Origin: a virus
Lineage: Duplodnaviria; Caudoviricetes
Direction: 5' to 3' (one strand)
DNA length: 60,283 bases
IMG/VR virus record: IMGVR_UViG_3300015360_000004
Location: 1-60,283 of that record
A program made the position numbers and the translations under genes. Under the pieces are notes generated by a model. The model was not told the origin of the DNA. It did no database searches and saw only the letters and a program-made list of their open reading frames with translations. Numbering within the stretch: position 1 is the first letter of the stretch; the number at the start of each line of letters is the position of its first letter. Of the stretch, positions 1 through 9,462 are shown in pieces.

Positions 1-64
1 CAGCTTGTCCTCGCCTGCACGGGTAAGCAGGAAGTCGGATGCCTTCAGGTTCGCGTCACGCTTC
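1..64. repeat. Exact 64-bp terminal overlap (copy at 60220-60283); circular assembly signature
   Basis: cagcttgtcc...cgtcacgcttc is identical at both ends, and the portal frame continues across the join. Confidence 0.97.
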
Positions 65-1653
65 AGGTGTTTCTGCTGACTGAGCCATTCGTCCACCAGG
101 TCTTCCATCCGGTTTCTCTGGGATGTGAAGAGTTTGACCATGGCGTCCTTCCAGGCGCGCTCTGGTGCCTTCAGGCTCTTGGTGACCCACTCTATCCAGA
201 CCTTGGTCCGTTCGTCCACTTGGAGGATGACTCCGTCCGCGGATTTCGACTTGGTGGGTTCCTTGGAGGGCGGAAGCTTGGGATTCTCCTCAGGGGTCTC
301 TTCCTTGGGTGCCTCGATTTCCGGGAGGGCGGCTTCTGGCGCTCCGCCGAACAGCTGGGACTCGCCCAGGATTGTGCCGTCGGCCAGGTTGACGCGGGAG
401 CCCTGCACTAGCGGCAGCTTCAGCCAGGGGTAGTTGTCGGAGTCGACCGGGATTTCAAGCAGGCGGTAGGCCTCGACCGGAGGGGTTCCCTGCCGGATGA
501 GGACGTCGGCGGCGTTGATTTTGTCCTTGAGGTCGGGCTTGAGGGCGTCGATGGTGGAGACATCGGGGAACAGCGTGTAGTTCTTGCGGTCGACGTGCTC
601 GACCCAGCGGGAGTTGACGGACTCGAACGCCTTCTTGATGAGCGGGATGACCGTCTCCTGCCAGAAGGACTTCTTCGCGGCGGCCGCCGTGCCCTCGTCT
701 ATGGTGTCGTAGAGGCCGAGCATGAACTTCGAGACCTTGTAGGCCGCTAGCACCTCGTCCATCTTCATCTTCTTCTGGTCCACGGCCTGCATGTCGGCCA
801 TCTTCTGGGCTGTGGCCTGGTAGGTGAGGCCCGAATGGAGAAGGGCGGTGCGGCCTGACTTGTCCACGCCCTCGTAGGCGGCTGACCAGCGTTGCTTTAG
901 GTCGTCGGCCTGGGGCTTCGTCAGTGACTTCTCGGTCGTGAGCACGCCGCCGATGTTCGCGTTGTTCTCGGCGAACCTGGTCCCGAGCTCGGAGAGCTTG
1001 ACATCGGAGTCGGCCGCCATCGCCGCCGCCGCGTACGGGCTCATGCCGAGGAGCATGTTGTAGGGATTATAGAGGTGGATGCGGACCACTTCCCACGGTC
1101 TGTAGAGCAGCGGCTCCGACCCGGGGATGCGGAGTTCCCATCCGACGTGCACGCCTTCGACTACCTTGGCGAACATCACCTCGTCCGTGAACGGGTACAG
1201 TTCGTCGGGAAGCTCGCCCAGACCGAAGTCGCAGGCCTCGCTGCCCTTGGGTTTATCGCCGACGAGAAAGACCTGGCCGCCCGGGGTTCGGGTTGTGGGG
1301 AGCAGGAGGCCGAGGAAGATTGCCTCGATGAACTGCGAGCGGGTCATGTAAGGGTTCGGCCGACGGAGCAGTTTGAGGAGCGCATGCTCCTTAACCTTGG
1401 TCTTCATATCCTGGTCGGTAAACAAGCAGACCGGAAGGGCCGACGCGTTGATTGCGATGACCGAAGCGCAGGCGTATACCCAGGTATAGTGCTGGTATGG
1501 CCGTTCACGGACCGCCCGGGCCATGCTTCCACTGTCTCCGCGCTGCTGCGCCATGGAGAACAGGAACTTGGGGTCAAAGTCAGGCGTCTGCTGTCTCAGG
1601 TGGATGGGGAGACCGTCCGCGCCGAGGAGTCCTTCTATCATGTCCATTCGCAT
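1..1653 (-). CDS. Portal protein, N-terminal part of a ~739-aa portal-MuF fusion continuing at 60219-59653
   Basis: Not in the ORF track because it runs off the edge. ATG at 1653 just after the terL stop. HK97-type portal motifs (WVYACASVIAINASALP, near the N-terminus). In frame with the 59653 ORF across the join. Confidence 0.9.
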   Translation of the reverse strand, partial: MRMDMIEGLLGADGLPIHLRQQTPDFDPKFLFSMAQQRGDSGSMARAVRERPYQHYTWVYACASVIAINASALPVCLFTDQDMKTKVKEHALLKLLRRPNPYMTRSQFIEAIFLGLLLPTTRTPGGQVFLVGDKPKGSEACDFGLGELPDELYPFTDEVMFAKVVEGVHVGWELRIPGSEPLLYRPWEVVRIHLYNPYNMLLGMSPYAAAAMAADSDVKLSELGTRFAENNANIGGVLTTEKSLTKPQADDLKQRWSAAYEGVDKSGRTALLHSGLTYQATAQKMADMQAVDQKKMKMDEVLAAYKVSKFMLGLYDTIDEGTAAAAKKSFWQETVIPLIKKAFESVNSRWVEHVDRKNYTLFPDVSTIDALKPDLKDKINAADVLIRQGTPPVEAYRLLEIPVDSDNYPWLKLPLVQGSRVNLADGTILGESQLFGGAPEAALPEIEAPKEETPEENPKLPPSKEPTKSKSADGVILQVDERTKVWIEWVTKSLKAPERAWKDAMVKLFTSQRNRMEDLVDEWLSQQKHLKRDANLKASDFLLTRAGEDKL

Positions 1654-1657
1654 TTCC

Positions 1658-3076
1658 TCAGAGGACAACGAAGTCCGGTGCGGGTGTAACGGTGTCGTAT
1701 ATCTGGCCCCAAATTCCGTAGAAGAACGAATCTCCTTTATCGGGCGAGCGTTTCGCCTCCTTACGCATCCTGTCCTTGTCCCAGATGAGGATTTTCTTCT
1801 CCTGCTTGACGTCGTATCCGAAGATGGATAGGTCAGACTTGAGCTCGGCGTCGTCTATGCCGCCGACCTCACCGCGCTGGCAGAGCATCTTGGCGTTCCA
1901 GCACACCTGGGCGCGGAGGTTGTAGAAAGCGAGGGGGCCTTCCATGTTCTGCTCAAGCGGGGCATCGCCGCCGCGCATCATCTGTACGTCGTGGCCGAGC
2001 GCACAAAGTCTGTCGTAGACGCCGGCGCCTACGCCAACGACGTCGACGACGACGCGATGGTCTGGTATCTTGTACATGAGAATCTGCTCATGAACGACCT
2101 TGGCGACCTCCTGGGTGTCGGACCTCTCCAGGATGATTTGGTCGCCTTCCTTGTTGAGGCCGAGGAAGCGGGTGATGACGGTCTTGTCCGAGCCGAACCA
2201 GCCCACGTCGACTCCGAGAGAGCGCTCCAGCTGCCTCTCCTGCTCGGGGGTGTAGTCCAGCAGGTACTCGGCCTTGTGGATATCCTCCCAGGAGATGAGC
2301 TGATTTCGCTCGTCGGTGGCATCCCAAGAGCCTTCCACGAAGCGCTTGTACATCTTCGGGTCCATGTTCTTGAGCGAGGCCTTGTACGCCTCCGCGATGT
2401 GCGGGTTGTCCGTGATGAGGGACTGGAGGAAATAAAATGGCGCAGGGAGCTTTCCACGGACATGGGGGTCGTAGAACTTCCGCTTGAGATACCCTTGGGA
2501 GGGGTTGCACGTTGCCGCGACCAGTGGATGGGGTTGGACGGGGCGGGGGTTGTGCTCGGAGATGGGGATAATCCAGCTCCCTGCGCGTTCGATTGCCTTG
2601 TCGAAGGAGGCCTCGTTCAATTCATTGGCCTCCTCAAGGCCGAATCCGTTCACTTCAAGACCCTTCCACCTGTTGAGGTCTGGGTCATCCTGGAAGGACT
2701 CGGCGAAGAAGAGAATCTGGGAGCCGTTGGAGAACGTGGCCACCAGGTCGGTCTGGTTGAACTCGATTTCGTGGAAGGTCTTTCCCTTCGGCGCTATCTT
2801 CCTGTAGGAGGGAAGGGTGTTGCGCTTGAGGGTGGGGCGGTCGGTGCGGACTATCGCCCACCGTGAACCGGGGTAGACCCGGCAGAGGATGATGAAGAGC
2901 CCGAGCAGCGCGAAGGTCTTCCCGCCGCGGATGCCGCCCCCGAACAGGAGGTAGTTGTACTCCCCGCACATCGCGGCCTCGATGAACCGCGTCTGCTTGT
3001 CGGAGAATACGAGCGGACCTGCGGGTTGCGGGTCCATGGCCACCTTCGCGGCCTTTTGGTCGATGACGCTAGTCAT
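1658..3076 (-). CDS. terL: Terminase large subunit
   Basis: Walker A GGIRGGKT, Walker B LEEANE, coupling motif ATCNP, nuclease motifs LGVDVG and SPDKGDS. Confidence 0.96.
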   Translation of the reverse strand: MTSVIDQKAAKVAMDPQPAGPLVFSDKQTRFIEAAMCGEYNYLLFGGGIRGGKTFALLGLFIILCRVYPGSRWAIVRTDRPTLKRNTLPSYRKIAPKGKTFHEIEFNQTDLVATFSNGSQILFFAESFQDDPDLNRWKGLEVNGFGLEEANELNEASFDKAIERAGSWIIPISEHNPRPVQPHPLVAATCNPSQGYLKRKFYDPHVRGKLPAPFYFLQSLITDNPHIAEAYKASLKNMDPKMYKRFVEGSWDATDERNQLISWEDIHKAEYLLDYTPEQERQLERSLGVDVGWFGSDKTVITRFLGLNKEGDQIILERSDTQEVAKVVHEQILMYKIPDHRVVVDVVGVGAGVYDRLCALGHDVQMMRGGDAPLEQNMEGPLAFYNLRAQVCWNAKMLCQRGEVGGIDDAELKSDLSIFGYDVKQEKKILIWDKDRMRKEAKRSPDKGDSFFYGIWGQIYDTVTPAPDFVVL

Positions 3077-3395
3077 CTTCCGGCAGGTCCTTCCAGGCGG
3101 CGGTCGCCTTCATTGCCTTCACGCGGTTGGAGGAGCGGCGGTTGTTCGCCTGCTCCTTCGCGGAAGCCCACTTGCAGTTGGTCGGGCCGTAGGGCCCGTC
3201 GTTGTCGATGCGGTCGAGCGTCATTCCGTCAGGCCGCAACCCCATGTCCTTCACGAACACGTCGAAAGAGGCCCACGACGGGTGGATGGTAATCCCCCTC
3301 CCGCCGTGGTTCTTGAACTTCTCTCGATTGGGGTTGTTGACCCTATAGAACATGGACTTCCACGTCATATAGGTCGGCTTGTGGAATTCGCTCAC
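3069..3395 (-). CDS. HNH-like homing endonuclease
   Basis: [31 protein letters not shown] motif typical of phage HNH endonucleases. Confidence 0.85.
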   Translation of the reverse strand: MSEFHKPTYMTWKSMFYRVNNPNREKFKNHGGRGITIHPSWASFDVFVKDMGLRPDGMTLDRIDNDGPYGPTNCKWASAKEQANNRRSSNRVKAMKATAAWKDLPEDD

Positions 3396-3407
3396 TCCGT
3401 TTGTCCC

Positions 3408-3893
3408 TTAGTTCGCGAACAGCCTGAGGCGCTTGACGTTCTTGTCGCCGCGGATGGTCATGTACACCAGCTCCAGGGCCTGGAGGAAGGTCGGGGCGGC
3501 TCCTGGGGCGGTCGACAGGGCTGCGAGGGCCACTCCGGCGCCGAGGATGGCGGTCCCGCCGACGAGGGCGTCATAGGTGTTGGCCGGCACGACCATGAAC
3601 TGGTGGAAGACGGGGCGGGCGGCCGCGTCCGCGACGTTGACCGTCAGGATGCCGAGGGTGTTGGTATCCGTGGCCCCGAGGGAGAGGTCGTACATTCCTA
3701 CTTCGTCGTAGGCGGCCCCTGCGTCGGAGGCCCCCTGGTCGGCGACCGCGGGGATGATGTTCCCGCCGTTCTTGGAGAGGCGCACGTTGGCCTTCTGGAT
3801 GGTGAGGGCGGCCTCGGCGGTGACGCCGTCGGTCGCGTCGACGAAAGGGCCGGCTTTGATGGTGGCGGCGGTGGACTGCTTCAGGTAAATCAT
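3408..3893 (-). CDS. Hypothetical protein, possibly a virion accessory beta-sandwich protein
   Basis: 161 aa, strong GC3 bias, Ala/Thr-rich with predicted beta content. Confidence 0.6.
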   Translation of the reverse strand: MIYLKQSTAATIKAGPFVDATDGVTAEAALTIQKANVRLSKNGGNIIPAVADQGASDAGAAYDEVGMYDLSLGATDTNTLGILTVNVADAAARPVFHQFMVVPANTYDALVGGTAILGAGVALAALSTAPGAAPTFLQALELVYMTIRGDKNVKRLRLFAN

Positions 3894-3949
3894 GCGGACC
3901 TCTTGGTTTGGAAGGGGGTGGTGATGGAAGGGCGGAAAGGCGTGGAGGT

Positions 3950-4186
3950 CTAGAGCCGGCCGTGCCAGCGTTCTCGACCGCGGAGCCTGGTGACCTCGCC
4001 GCAGCCGTCCGCGGTGGACTTCTGTATCAGGAGCTCAAGGGCGATGAGGTCGAGGTCCTGGCGGAGCCTGGCCTCGTATCTCTGGTGCATGACTCTCTCG
4101 GCCAGCCTGGCCCGATACGAGAGGGCGGAGGCGGCGAGGCATAACGCCAGCGAGGTCGCCAGCGCGAGGTTGAGGGCCTTAGACGT
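3950..4186 (-). CDS. Hypothetical 78-aa protein with N-terminal hydrophobic helix; apparent ACG start
   Basis: Open frame SKALNLALATSLALCLAASALSY...; AGGGA upstream; start overlaps the previous stop. Confidence 0.4.
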   Translation of the reverse strand, partial: TSKALNLALATSLALCLAASALSYRARLAERVMHQRYEARLRQDLDLIALELLIQKSTADGCGEVTRLRGRERWHGRL

Positions 4187-4412
4187 TCGAAGGTCCCTGC
4201 TTGAAGGAGTACGAGCCGTCCGGCCTGGTTTCGAAACGGCCTTCGTACTTGAAGGTGATGGGTTCGCCGGTCATGCGCGGCTCAAAGGTGAGGGTCGCCG
4301 GTGCCCCGACCTTGTCGAACTCGAATTTGACGTTGTGCGTGGTGGGTCCTCGATGGTTGAGGTAGTCCGGTCGCCATGAGACGCCGCCTCCTGGCACCAC
4401 CGAGGACGCCAT
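4179..4412 (-). CDS. Hypothetical protein (start uncertain)
   Basis: Only the C-terminal part of the listed 4179-4826 ORF looks protein-like (VKFEFDKVGAPATLTFEPRM...). Confidence 0.4.
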   Translation of the reverse strand: MASSVVPGGGVSWRPDYLNHRGPTTHNVKFEFDKVGAPATLTFEPRMTGEPITFKYEGRFETRPDGSYSFKQGPSNV

Positions 4413-4459
4413 GCCGCAGGCCTTGAGGCAGTCCTCGATTGAGGGGCGATGGGTTCTTC

Positions 4460-4600
4460 GCGAGGTTCCGGAAAAAAATCGGGCAAACGTACGTACGTTT
4501 TTTCCCAAATTTCCGGTACGCATTTTGGGGGTAGCCCCAAGGCCTGATAGGGCCTCAACGGGTTCCGCAGGCGGGGTGGGGGTGCGCGTGCGTGCAGCCC
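4460..4600. other. Candidate packaging (pac/terminus) region
   Basis: Homopolymer tracts, perfect palindrome aaacgtacgtacgttt (4485-4500), ttgggggtagccccaa dyad and G-runs, just downstream of terS. Confidence 0.35.
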
Positions 4601-4855
4601 TGGACGACGTCGATTTGAGCCCCTGCGGAGTCGCGTGGCCAGCCCGACCAGGGGCCAGGTGTCCAAGCAGGGGGCCCAAGCCAGAACAAGCCTGGCCCTT
4701 GCCGCTATCATCCACGGCGTGAATGGCTCGGCCAATTGCCATGCCGGCATTTCGTATGCCGTCAACTACGGCCAGCGTAGTTATGGTCATGCGGTCCAGT
4801 ACCGCCTGAATGTTGACGAATGGCAATCTATTAGCTGTTGGGACTGTAATCGGGC

Positions 4856-5320
4856 CTAGAAGCTGAGCTTCTTAGCTCCGATTTGCCATTCTTCTGGGTG
4901 GGAGGGGGTGGGAGTAGAAACCTTTACCGTGGACTCCTTGGCGTATTCGGCCTTGAACTTTCTCTCAAGGAACCAAGTAGAGCTCTGGAAGTTGATGCTG
5001 CCATTGTGCACCTTCTGCAGGTGGTGGAACTTACATTGTGCCATGGCGCGGTCGAACGATGTCCGGAGTCCAAAGTGATTGCCTGCATAGAGCGCATAGA
5101 ATCTTTTGGGGTCTAAGCCATTGAGGAGGGCGACGTCCTCAAGGGATGCACCCTTGGTGAACTGCTCGCACATCTCCCCCATCAGCTTATCGGTAAAGGC
5201 GGTTATCTCGGCGGGGAACTTGGAAACGGGTAAATCATCCTGGACTTTAGCCATGAAAGTCAGGTGCTGGACTTTAACGGTCGGCACGGATGTCTCTTTG
5301 GCTACCAGAATTTTCCCCAT
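4856..5320 (-). CDS. terS: Terminase small subunit
   Basis: HTH-like GASLEDVALLNGLDPKRFY, helical region ending TWFLERKF..EY, first gene of the late operon. Confidence 0.75.
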   Translation of the reverse strand: MGKILVAKETSVPTVKVQHLTFMAKVQDDLPVSKFPAEITAFTDKLMGEMCEQFTKGASLEDVALLNGLDPKRFYALYAGNHFGLRTSFDRAMAQCKFHHLQKVHNGSINFQSSTWFLERKFKAEYAKESTVKVSTPTPSHPEEWQIGAKKLSF

Positions 5321-5344
5321 ATAAGCAATACGGCGCGGGGGAGA

Positions 5345-5535
5345 ATAATATCGCGATTATAATAATAATATCGCTATTATTTTAGTCGTTACAACAAATA
5401 CTGTGTCAACAACGAATCTGCCTCAGATTCGCTCCGATTGACCAAGTAGTAATGATTCCATTATCGTACGTACGCTTAGGTCATTCGCCCGTGACGGGAA
5501 CATGGGCGTTACCGTATCTGCGATGTTTCCATTAT
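5345..5535. promoter_or_regulatory. Cluster of RYRAT-N6-ATYRY palindromic sites upstream of terS
   Basis: ATAATatcgcgATTAT 5345, ATAATatcgctATTAT 5365, GTAATgattccATTAT 5449, GCGATgtttccATTAT 5520. Confidence 0.7.
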
Positions 5536-5547
5536 TCGCCGCTCTTC

Positions 5548-5636
5548 CGCTCTTAACGAACAGCGTATACTATATTTCTTATAATAATAATATTATTATT
5601 ATTAAATAATCATATATATGCACTTCGTTAAGAGCG
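5548..5636. repeat. Long AT-rich imperfect palindrome A (homologous to 41247-41349)
   Basis: Arms cgctcttaacgaa / ttcgttaagagcg around a perfect 22-bp core ATAATAATAATATTATTATTAT (5581-5602). Confidence 0.9.
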
Positions 5637-5670
5637 AGCAACCCCCTTCAAATCGCGTGAACGGAGCGCT

Positions 5671-6147
5671 TTATTTTTCCGAAGCCTTTACGCCGAGCCT
5701 TTTCACCCAAAACCGCTGCACCCAAACGCCTCCCGTGGCGTCCTCCCGCGGCACCTTCACGAGGCTCCCGGAGCTCTCCATGACCTCGCCGTAGGCCACG
5801 CCCTGTCCCGTCCACCACTTGATGGGAGTCCCTACCGCTAGTTTATCCATGCCCCCCGCCCCCCTTTTCCAAGCCGCCTCGGGCCTAAGCCGCTTCCTTT
5901 CGGCCGCCTCTATCTCCTTCCGCCTCTCCCTCTCGCCTTCGGGCAGCTTATTCCACGTACCCCTCCGCCTCGACAGGCATAGCCTCCTGAGCAGGCAGCT
6001 CGCCCACACCTTGGAGGCCGTGGTCCCGAACTCCTCCTGCAACAGCCGTATGGCCAGCACGGGGTCCTGTATCTTCTCCTCGCGAAGCCTCAGGGAATAC
6101 TCGGCCAACTCCATCCCGGCCAGCACCTTCGTCCCCTGGCTAGCCAT
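5671..6147 (-). CDS. Hypothetical protein
   Basis: 158-aa ORF whose start overlaps the upstream gene. Confidence 0.6.
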   Translation of the reverse strand: MASQGTKVLAGMELAEYSLRLREEKIQDPVLAIRLLQEEFGTTASKVWASCLLRRLCLSRRRGTWNKLPEGERERRKEIEAAERKRLRPEAAWKRGAGGMDKLAVGTPIKWWTGQGVAYGEVMESSGSLVKVPREDATGGVWVQRFWVKRLGVKASEK

Positions 6148-6571
6148 CCGCGGCCACCCCAGGAAGGCGGGTCGAGACCCTCGCCAGCGTCCGCTTGAGG
6201 AAGGGCGTCCGCTTCGGGACGTCGGTCTCCGCTAGGTTAAGCGTGAAGACCTTCAGCCCCTTCGCAAGCGCCGTGGTAATCATGTTGCCGGTTCCGGGGC
6301 TCCGTCCGTCCCATACGGCTATGAGGGCGTCGGCGTATTCGGCCATCCGCGTATTCCTGACGGGGCCGGCGGACGTCCCGTATTTCCCCCACTCGGCCGA
6401 GAAGACGGTGAACCTCAGGGACCTGGACCTCGCCCACCGCTCCCCCAGCTCGTCGACCCCCTTGGCCCCTCCGCTCACGACCTCGGTAATCTCGAACCCC
6501 GAGCGCTCGACGGCCTGATAGACGAGGCGCGAGTCGAATATGGTTCGGCTCCCCGCGATGATGACCTTCAA
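6140..6571 (-). CDS. YspA/DUF2493-like SLOG family protein
   Basis: KVIIAGSR, VVSGGAKGVD, AGPVRN..MA.YADALIAVWDG.S.GT; TTG start at 6571 with GGAGG. Confidence 0.88.
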   Translation of the reverse strand: MKVIIAGSRTIFDSRLVYQAVERSGFEITEVVSGGAKGVDELGERWARSRSLRFTVFSAEWGKYGTSAGPVRNTRMAEYADALIAVWDGRSPGTGNMITTALAKGLKVFTLNLAETDVPKRTPFLKRTLARVSTRLPGVAADG

Positions 6572-6732
6572 GACGCCCCCTCCCGCTCTTGGACTTCGTT
6601 TTCTTTCTGCTTCGGACAATAGCTTTTACAGGGGCACCCTTTGGCTAAACAAGGCCGCTTAGCCCATAAGGAATGCGTCCGGTTAACGTGCCCGCATTCG
6701 CACCGGATAAAGTTTATATCTGCACTCTTCAT
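6568..6732 (-). CDS. Small Cys/His-rich putative zinc-binding protein (54 aa)
   Basis: Below the ORF-track cutoff: MKSADINFIRCECGHVNRTHSLWAKRPCLAKGCPCKSYCPK; 4-nt start/stop overlaps at both ends. Confidence 0.7.
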   Translation of the reverse strand: MKSADINFIRCECGHVNRTHSLWAKRPCLAKGCPCKSYCPKQKENEVQEREGAS

Positions 6733-6980
6733 TCTTCCCTCCCGTCATCCCATTCAATGTCACCAAGCCTATGCATCCAACGGCCCAATGGCTCGCCTGT
6801 GCTGGAGTCAACCATCGTCATCTCCATCACCGGCGTCGTCGGCATGGGCCAATCCTCCGGGCTGTCCGCGCCCACCAACTCCAGGTGGCCTTCGACCTCG
6901 TCAACCCAATAGATTATGCGGCGGCTGGCGCGCATGTACAGCCACCTTCCCGGCCTGTCTGGCGCGATTAGCTCTCTCAT
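6729..6980 (-). CDS. Hypothetical protein
   Basis: 83-aa ORF in the operon with a coupled stop. Confidence 0.55.
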   Translation of the reverse strand: MRELIAPDRPGRWLYMRASRRIIYWVDEVEGHLELVGADSPEDWPMPTTPVMEMTMVDSSTGEPLGRWMHRLGDIEWDDGREE

Positions 6981-7059
6981 CTGTCGAAATCTAGTCTCTT
7001 AGCGGGAGACTGGCGTGAGGCCCTGGTCACGGAAGACGCCGAGGGAAGTCCATCGGCTG

Positions 7060-7833
7060 CTAAGGCTTTTCCGTTCCCTTGGCCTTGAGCAGCGAAATGA
7101 GGGAGCTGATGGCGAATCCGGCGGTGAAGCCCAACGCTATTCCGCCGCCGACTATCCCCAGGAGCCAGACCCACAGGCCGATGTCCGCGTTCAACCACAC
7201 CCATGCCGCCGATATTCGCTCCGGCACGACCAGTGGCTGGACAATCATGTCCACCGCCTGTGGGCAATCGACCGTTTTCGGCGCCTTCTCCCCGAACTTG
7301 TACGAGGTGGCGAGCATAGCACTTAGGCTCATCAGCGATACGCCAAAGGCCAATAGCATGGTCCTTCTGGTACCTGAGTCGCGAGCAGTGGAGTGAAGGC
7401 GCGCCTGCTTGTACACCTCCCCCGAAACCTTGGACACCTCCTTCATGACACCCAGCGTGTTTTCCACCTGCATGGTGATTCCGCGCGAGGTCTTTGCACG
7501 GAGGTGTAGCCCCTCGATGCGGGCCTTCATCTCGATGTTGGAGATTATTCCACGGGTAAGACGCATCTTCTGCTTCCCATCCCTCATCCATATGGAGGGT
7601 GTGCTGCTGTAGAGCCACGATTTCTCGTCTTCCAACGACTGCGCCCAGTTGTTCTCCTGCGTCTCTTCCCGGAGCAGCTTTACAGCCGCCGCGAGGATTG
7701 ACCAAAACTCCTCTTTCATTTCCCTGTTGGGGGAAGCGTCTTCGCCCTTCAGTTCCAGGACAGTCATCCTGGCAAGCAACGCGCGGGTAGATGTGCGGAT
7801 TTCCTCGTTGTTCATGCCCAGGAAACATAGCAA
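7060..7833 (-). CDS. Hypothetical membrane protein
   Basis: Hydrophobic segments MLLAFGVSLMSLSAMLA and IGLWVWLLGIVGGGIALGFTAGFAISSLISLL. Confidence 0.6.
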   Translation of the reverse strand: MLCFLGMNNEEIRTSTRALLARMTVLELKGEDASPNREMKEEFWSILAAAVKLLREETQENNWAQSLEDEKSWLYSSTPSIWMRDGKQKMRLTRGIISNIEMKARIEGLHLRAKTSRGITMQVENTLGVMKEVSKVSGEVYKQARLHSTARDSGTRRTMLLAFGVSLMSLSAMLATSYKFGEKAPKTVDCPQAVDMIVQPLVVPERISAAWVWLNADIGLWVWLLGIVGGGIALGFTAGFAISSLISLLKAKGTEKP

Positions 7834-7859
7834 TCCCCTGTGCCAATATCGGTCCCCGC

Positions 7860-9462
7860 TTACCCAATCTCCGCTCTCCCCGCAGTCCTGGTTATCTCCA
7901 AATCCCTGGCTCTAAGCCGTCCGATAACGATTCGCGCTTTGGCAAGACATTGGTCCAATGGGTGGCCGGTGAGTACCCATATCGAGTCTGCAATCACTTG
8001 TTCCGCCGTCTCCAGGGGATTAGGATTGGAATTAGGTGCGTCGATACGCTCTGCATTTAATGCAGTTTGGAATTCATCACTTTTAACCTCCATATGCTTG
8101 CGGCACAAGGGAACATCACCGAAATACGTAACAGCCGGGAGTCCGCATCCGGTGGTGTAGCAGTGCCCGTATGTAGAGAGCATTGGGGAGCTTTGCGGAC
8201 TGTCAAAGTCTTTCATCCATGCTCCATCAGCGTGGCGACGGCCTTGGCGTTGGCCAGCCTCCTGAAGCGGAGCGTATGCCCGCCCAGCACCAGCCTATAG
8301 TGGGAGGTATTTGGATTAGATGGCGTGTTCGGCGCATGGATGACGTACTCGTGCTCGGTATGCCACCACATCCCGAAGGATTTGTCTTTCTTCCATTTGA
8401 GATTTTCCATCATTCCCTCCCTTCTGCCTTGGCTATTGCTGCTATTGCCATCTTGACCGAAATATCCTCCCGCGTGATGTATGCGGGGCCCTCGTAGCTC
8501 GTCATTTTGAAGTTGTGGGAAGCCTTATAGACTATTTGACGTAATGCTTCCAACAACTCAGGAGCGGCGGCAATAAGATTAGCATCACCCTCTTCCATGG
8601 CTTCGGCATGGTGTGGGAGGTTTTGGCTATTAGACGCTATCAAATATCCGCCGTCTACCTTATCGGCTATCCAAGGCCCGGGGGTGTGCTTGGCGTTCAT
8701 GTTAGTTCTCCTTAAGGGCATTGGTTTGTTCGATAAGCACAGACTTAATGGCTTCCAGGATAAGGTGGCCTTTTTCACTTATCAGCTCATCAGCCAACTC
8801 GGCGAGAGCAACCTCGCCTTCCGCGTCCGAGTCCATTTCCCAGAGGGTTTGCGTAAGCTGCTTCAACAGTTTGTCAAGGTCGGTCCGGTTGCTCATGGTG
8901 TTCTCCTTATTTTCCGAGGGTGAGCACATGCATCGCGGCCCGGAGGGAGGTGGCCATACCATCAAACTCCTTCAATTCGGATTCGATAAAATCTCGCTCG
9001 CTCCCCCCGTTGCAGAACGTCAGCTTATCACGTTCCATCCTAGTCCTCCGGGCCAATTCGGCGATTACCGTTTCGATATCTGAAAAGGCTTCGGTCTTGC
9101 TTGGGCTGAGGGCGTTCATCTTGTTCTCCTTGCTCGTGTCCATGTATTAATAATAACGCCCAGTTTGAGGTTTGTACACACGTTTGTCGCCCTATTTTCG
9201 GCCCGACTTTAAGAGTTTGGCGGGGAGTATTTTTCCTACCTCTAAATATGGTCATTTCGAGGCGCCCCTACGGCCTGTGGGCCTCCTGGGTGGGTAAAAC
9301 GTCCGGGCATGGAAGGAAAAGGCCGCACCGGTCGCCGATGGACTCCGGTTCGAGCCAGGATTGGCGGTAGCCATTCGGCTTGGCCGTGAACCTGCGGCAC
9401 TGGAGCCGTTTCGGACAGACCGCGAAGCCGATTGCGCCGGAGCATTTGGAGATGTCGCTCAT
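7860..9462 (-). other. Run of small hypothetical early genes (7860-8216, 8213-8413, 8410-8700, 8702-~8896, 8907-9119, 9268-9462)
   Basis: Tandem ORFs with start/stop overlaps and RBSs; 8410-8700 has the common phage KHTPGPW...ANLIAAAPELLEAL motif. Confidence 0.65.
9127..9191 (-). promoter_or_regulatory. Sigma70-like early promoter and leader P1
   Basis: TGTACA (9173-78), N17, TATTAT (9150-55); 49/65 ungapped identity to 20601-20665. Confidence 0.75.

Noticed and set aside
4179-4826. Full 215-aa ORF as a real protein
   Set aside because: The N-terminal two thirds cross homopolymer and palindrome-rich DNA with atypical codons; only the C-terminal part was kept
5540-5553. Illumina adapter remnant (cgctcttccgctct versus CGCTCTTCCGATCT)
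   Set aside because: The same mismatch occurs in both palindromes, and the motif is mirrored in the right arm of copy B, so it is genomic
5548-5636. Protelomerase telRL site of a linear plasmid prophage
   Set aside because: There are two copies, no telomere resolvase or ParAB was recognised, and the tyrosine recombinase has a normal tRNA attP with arm sites
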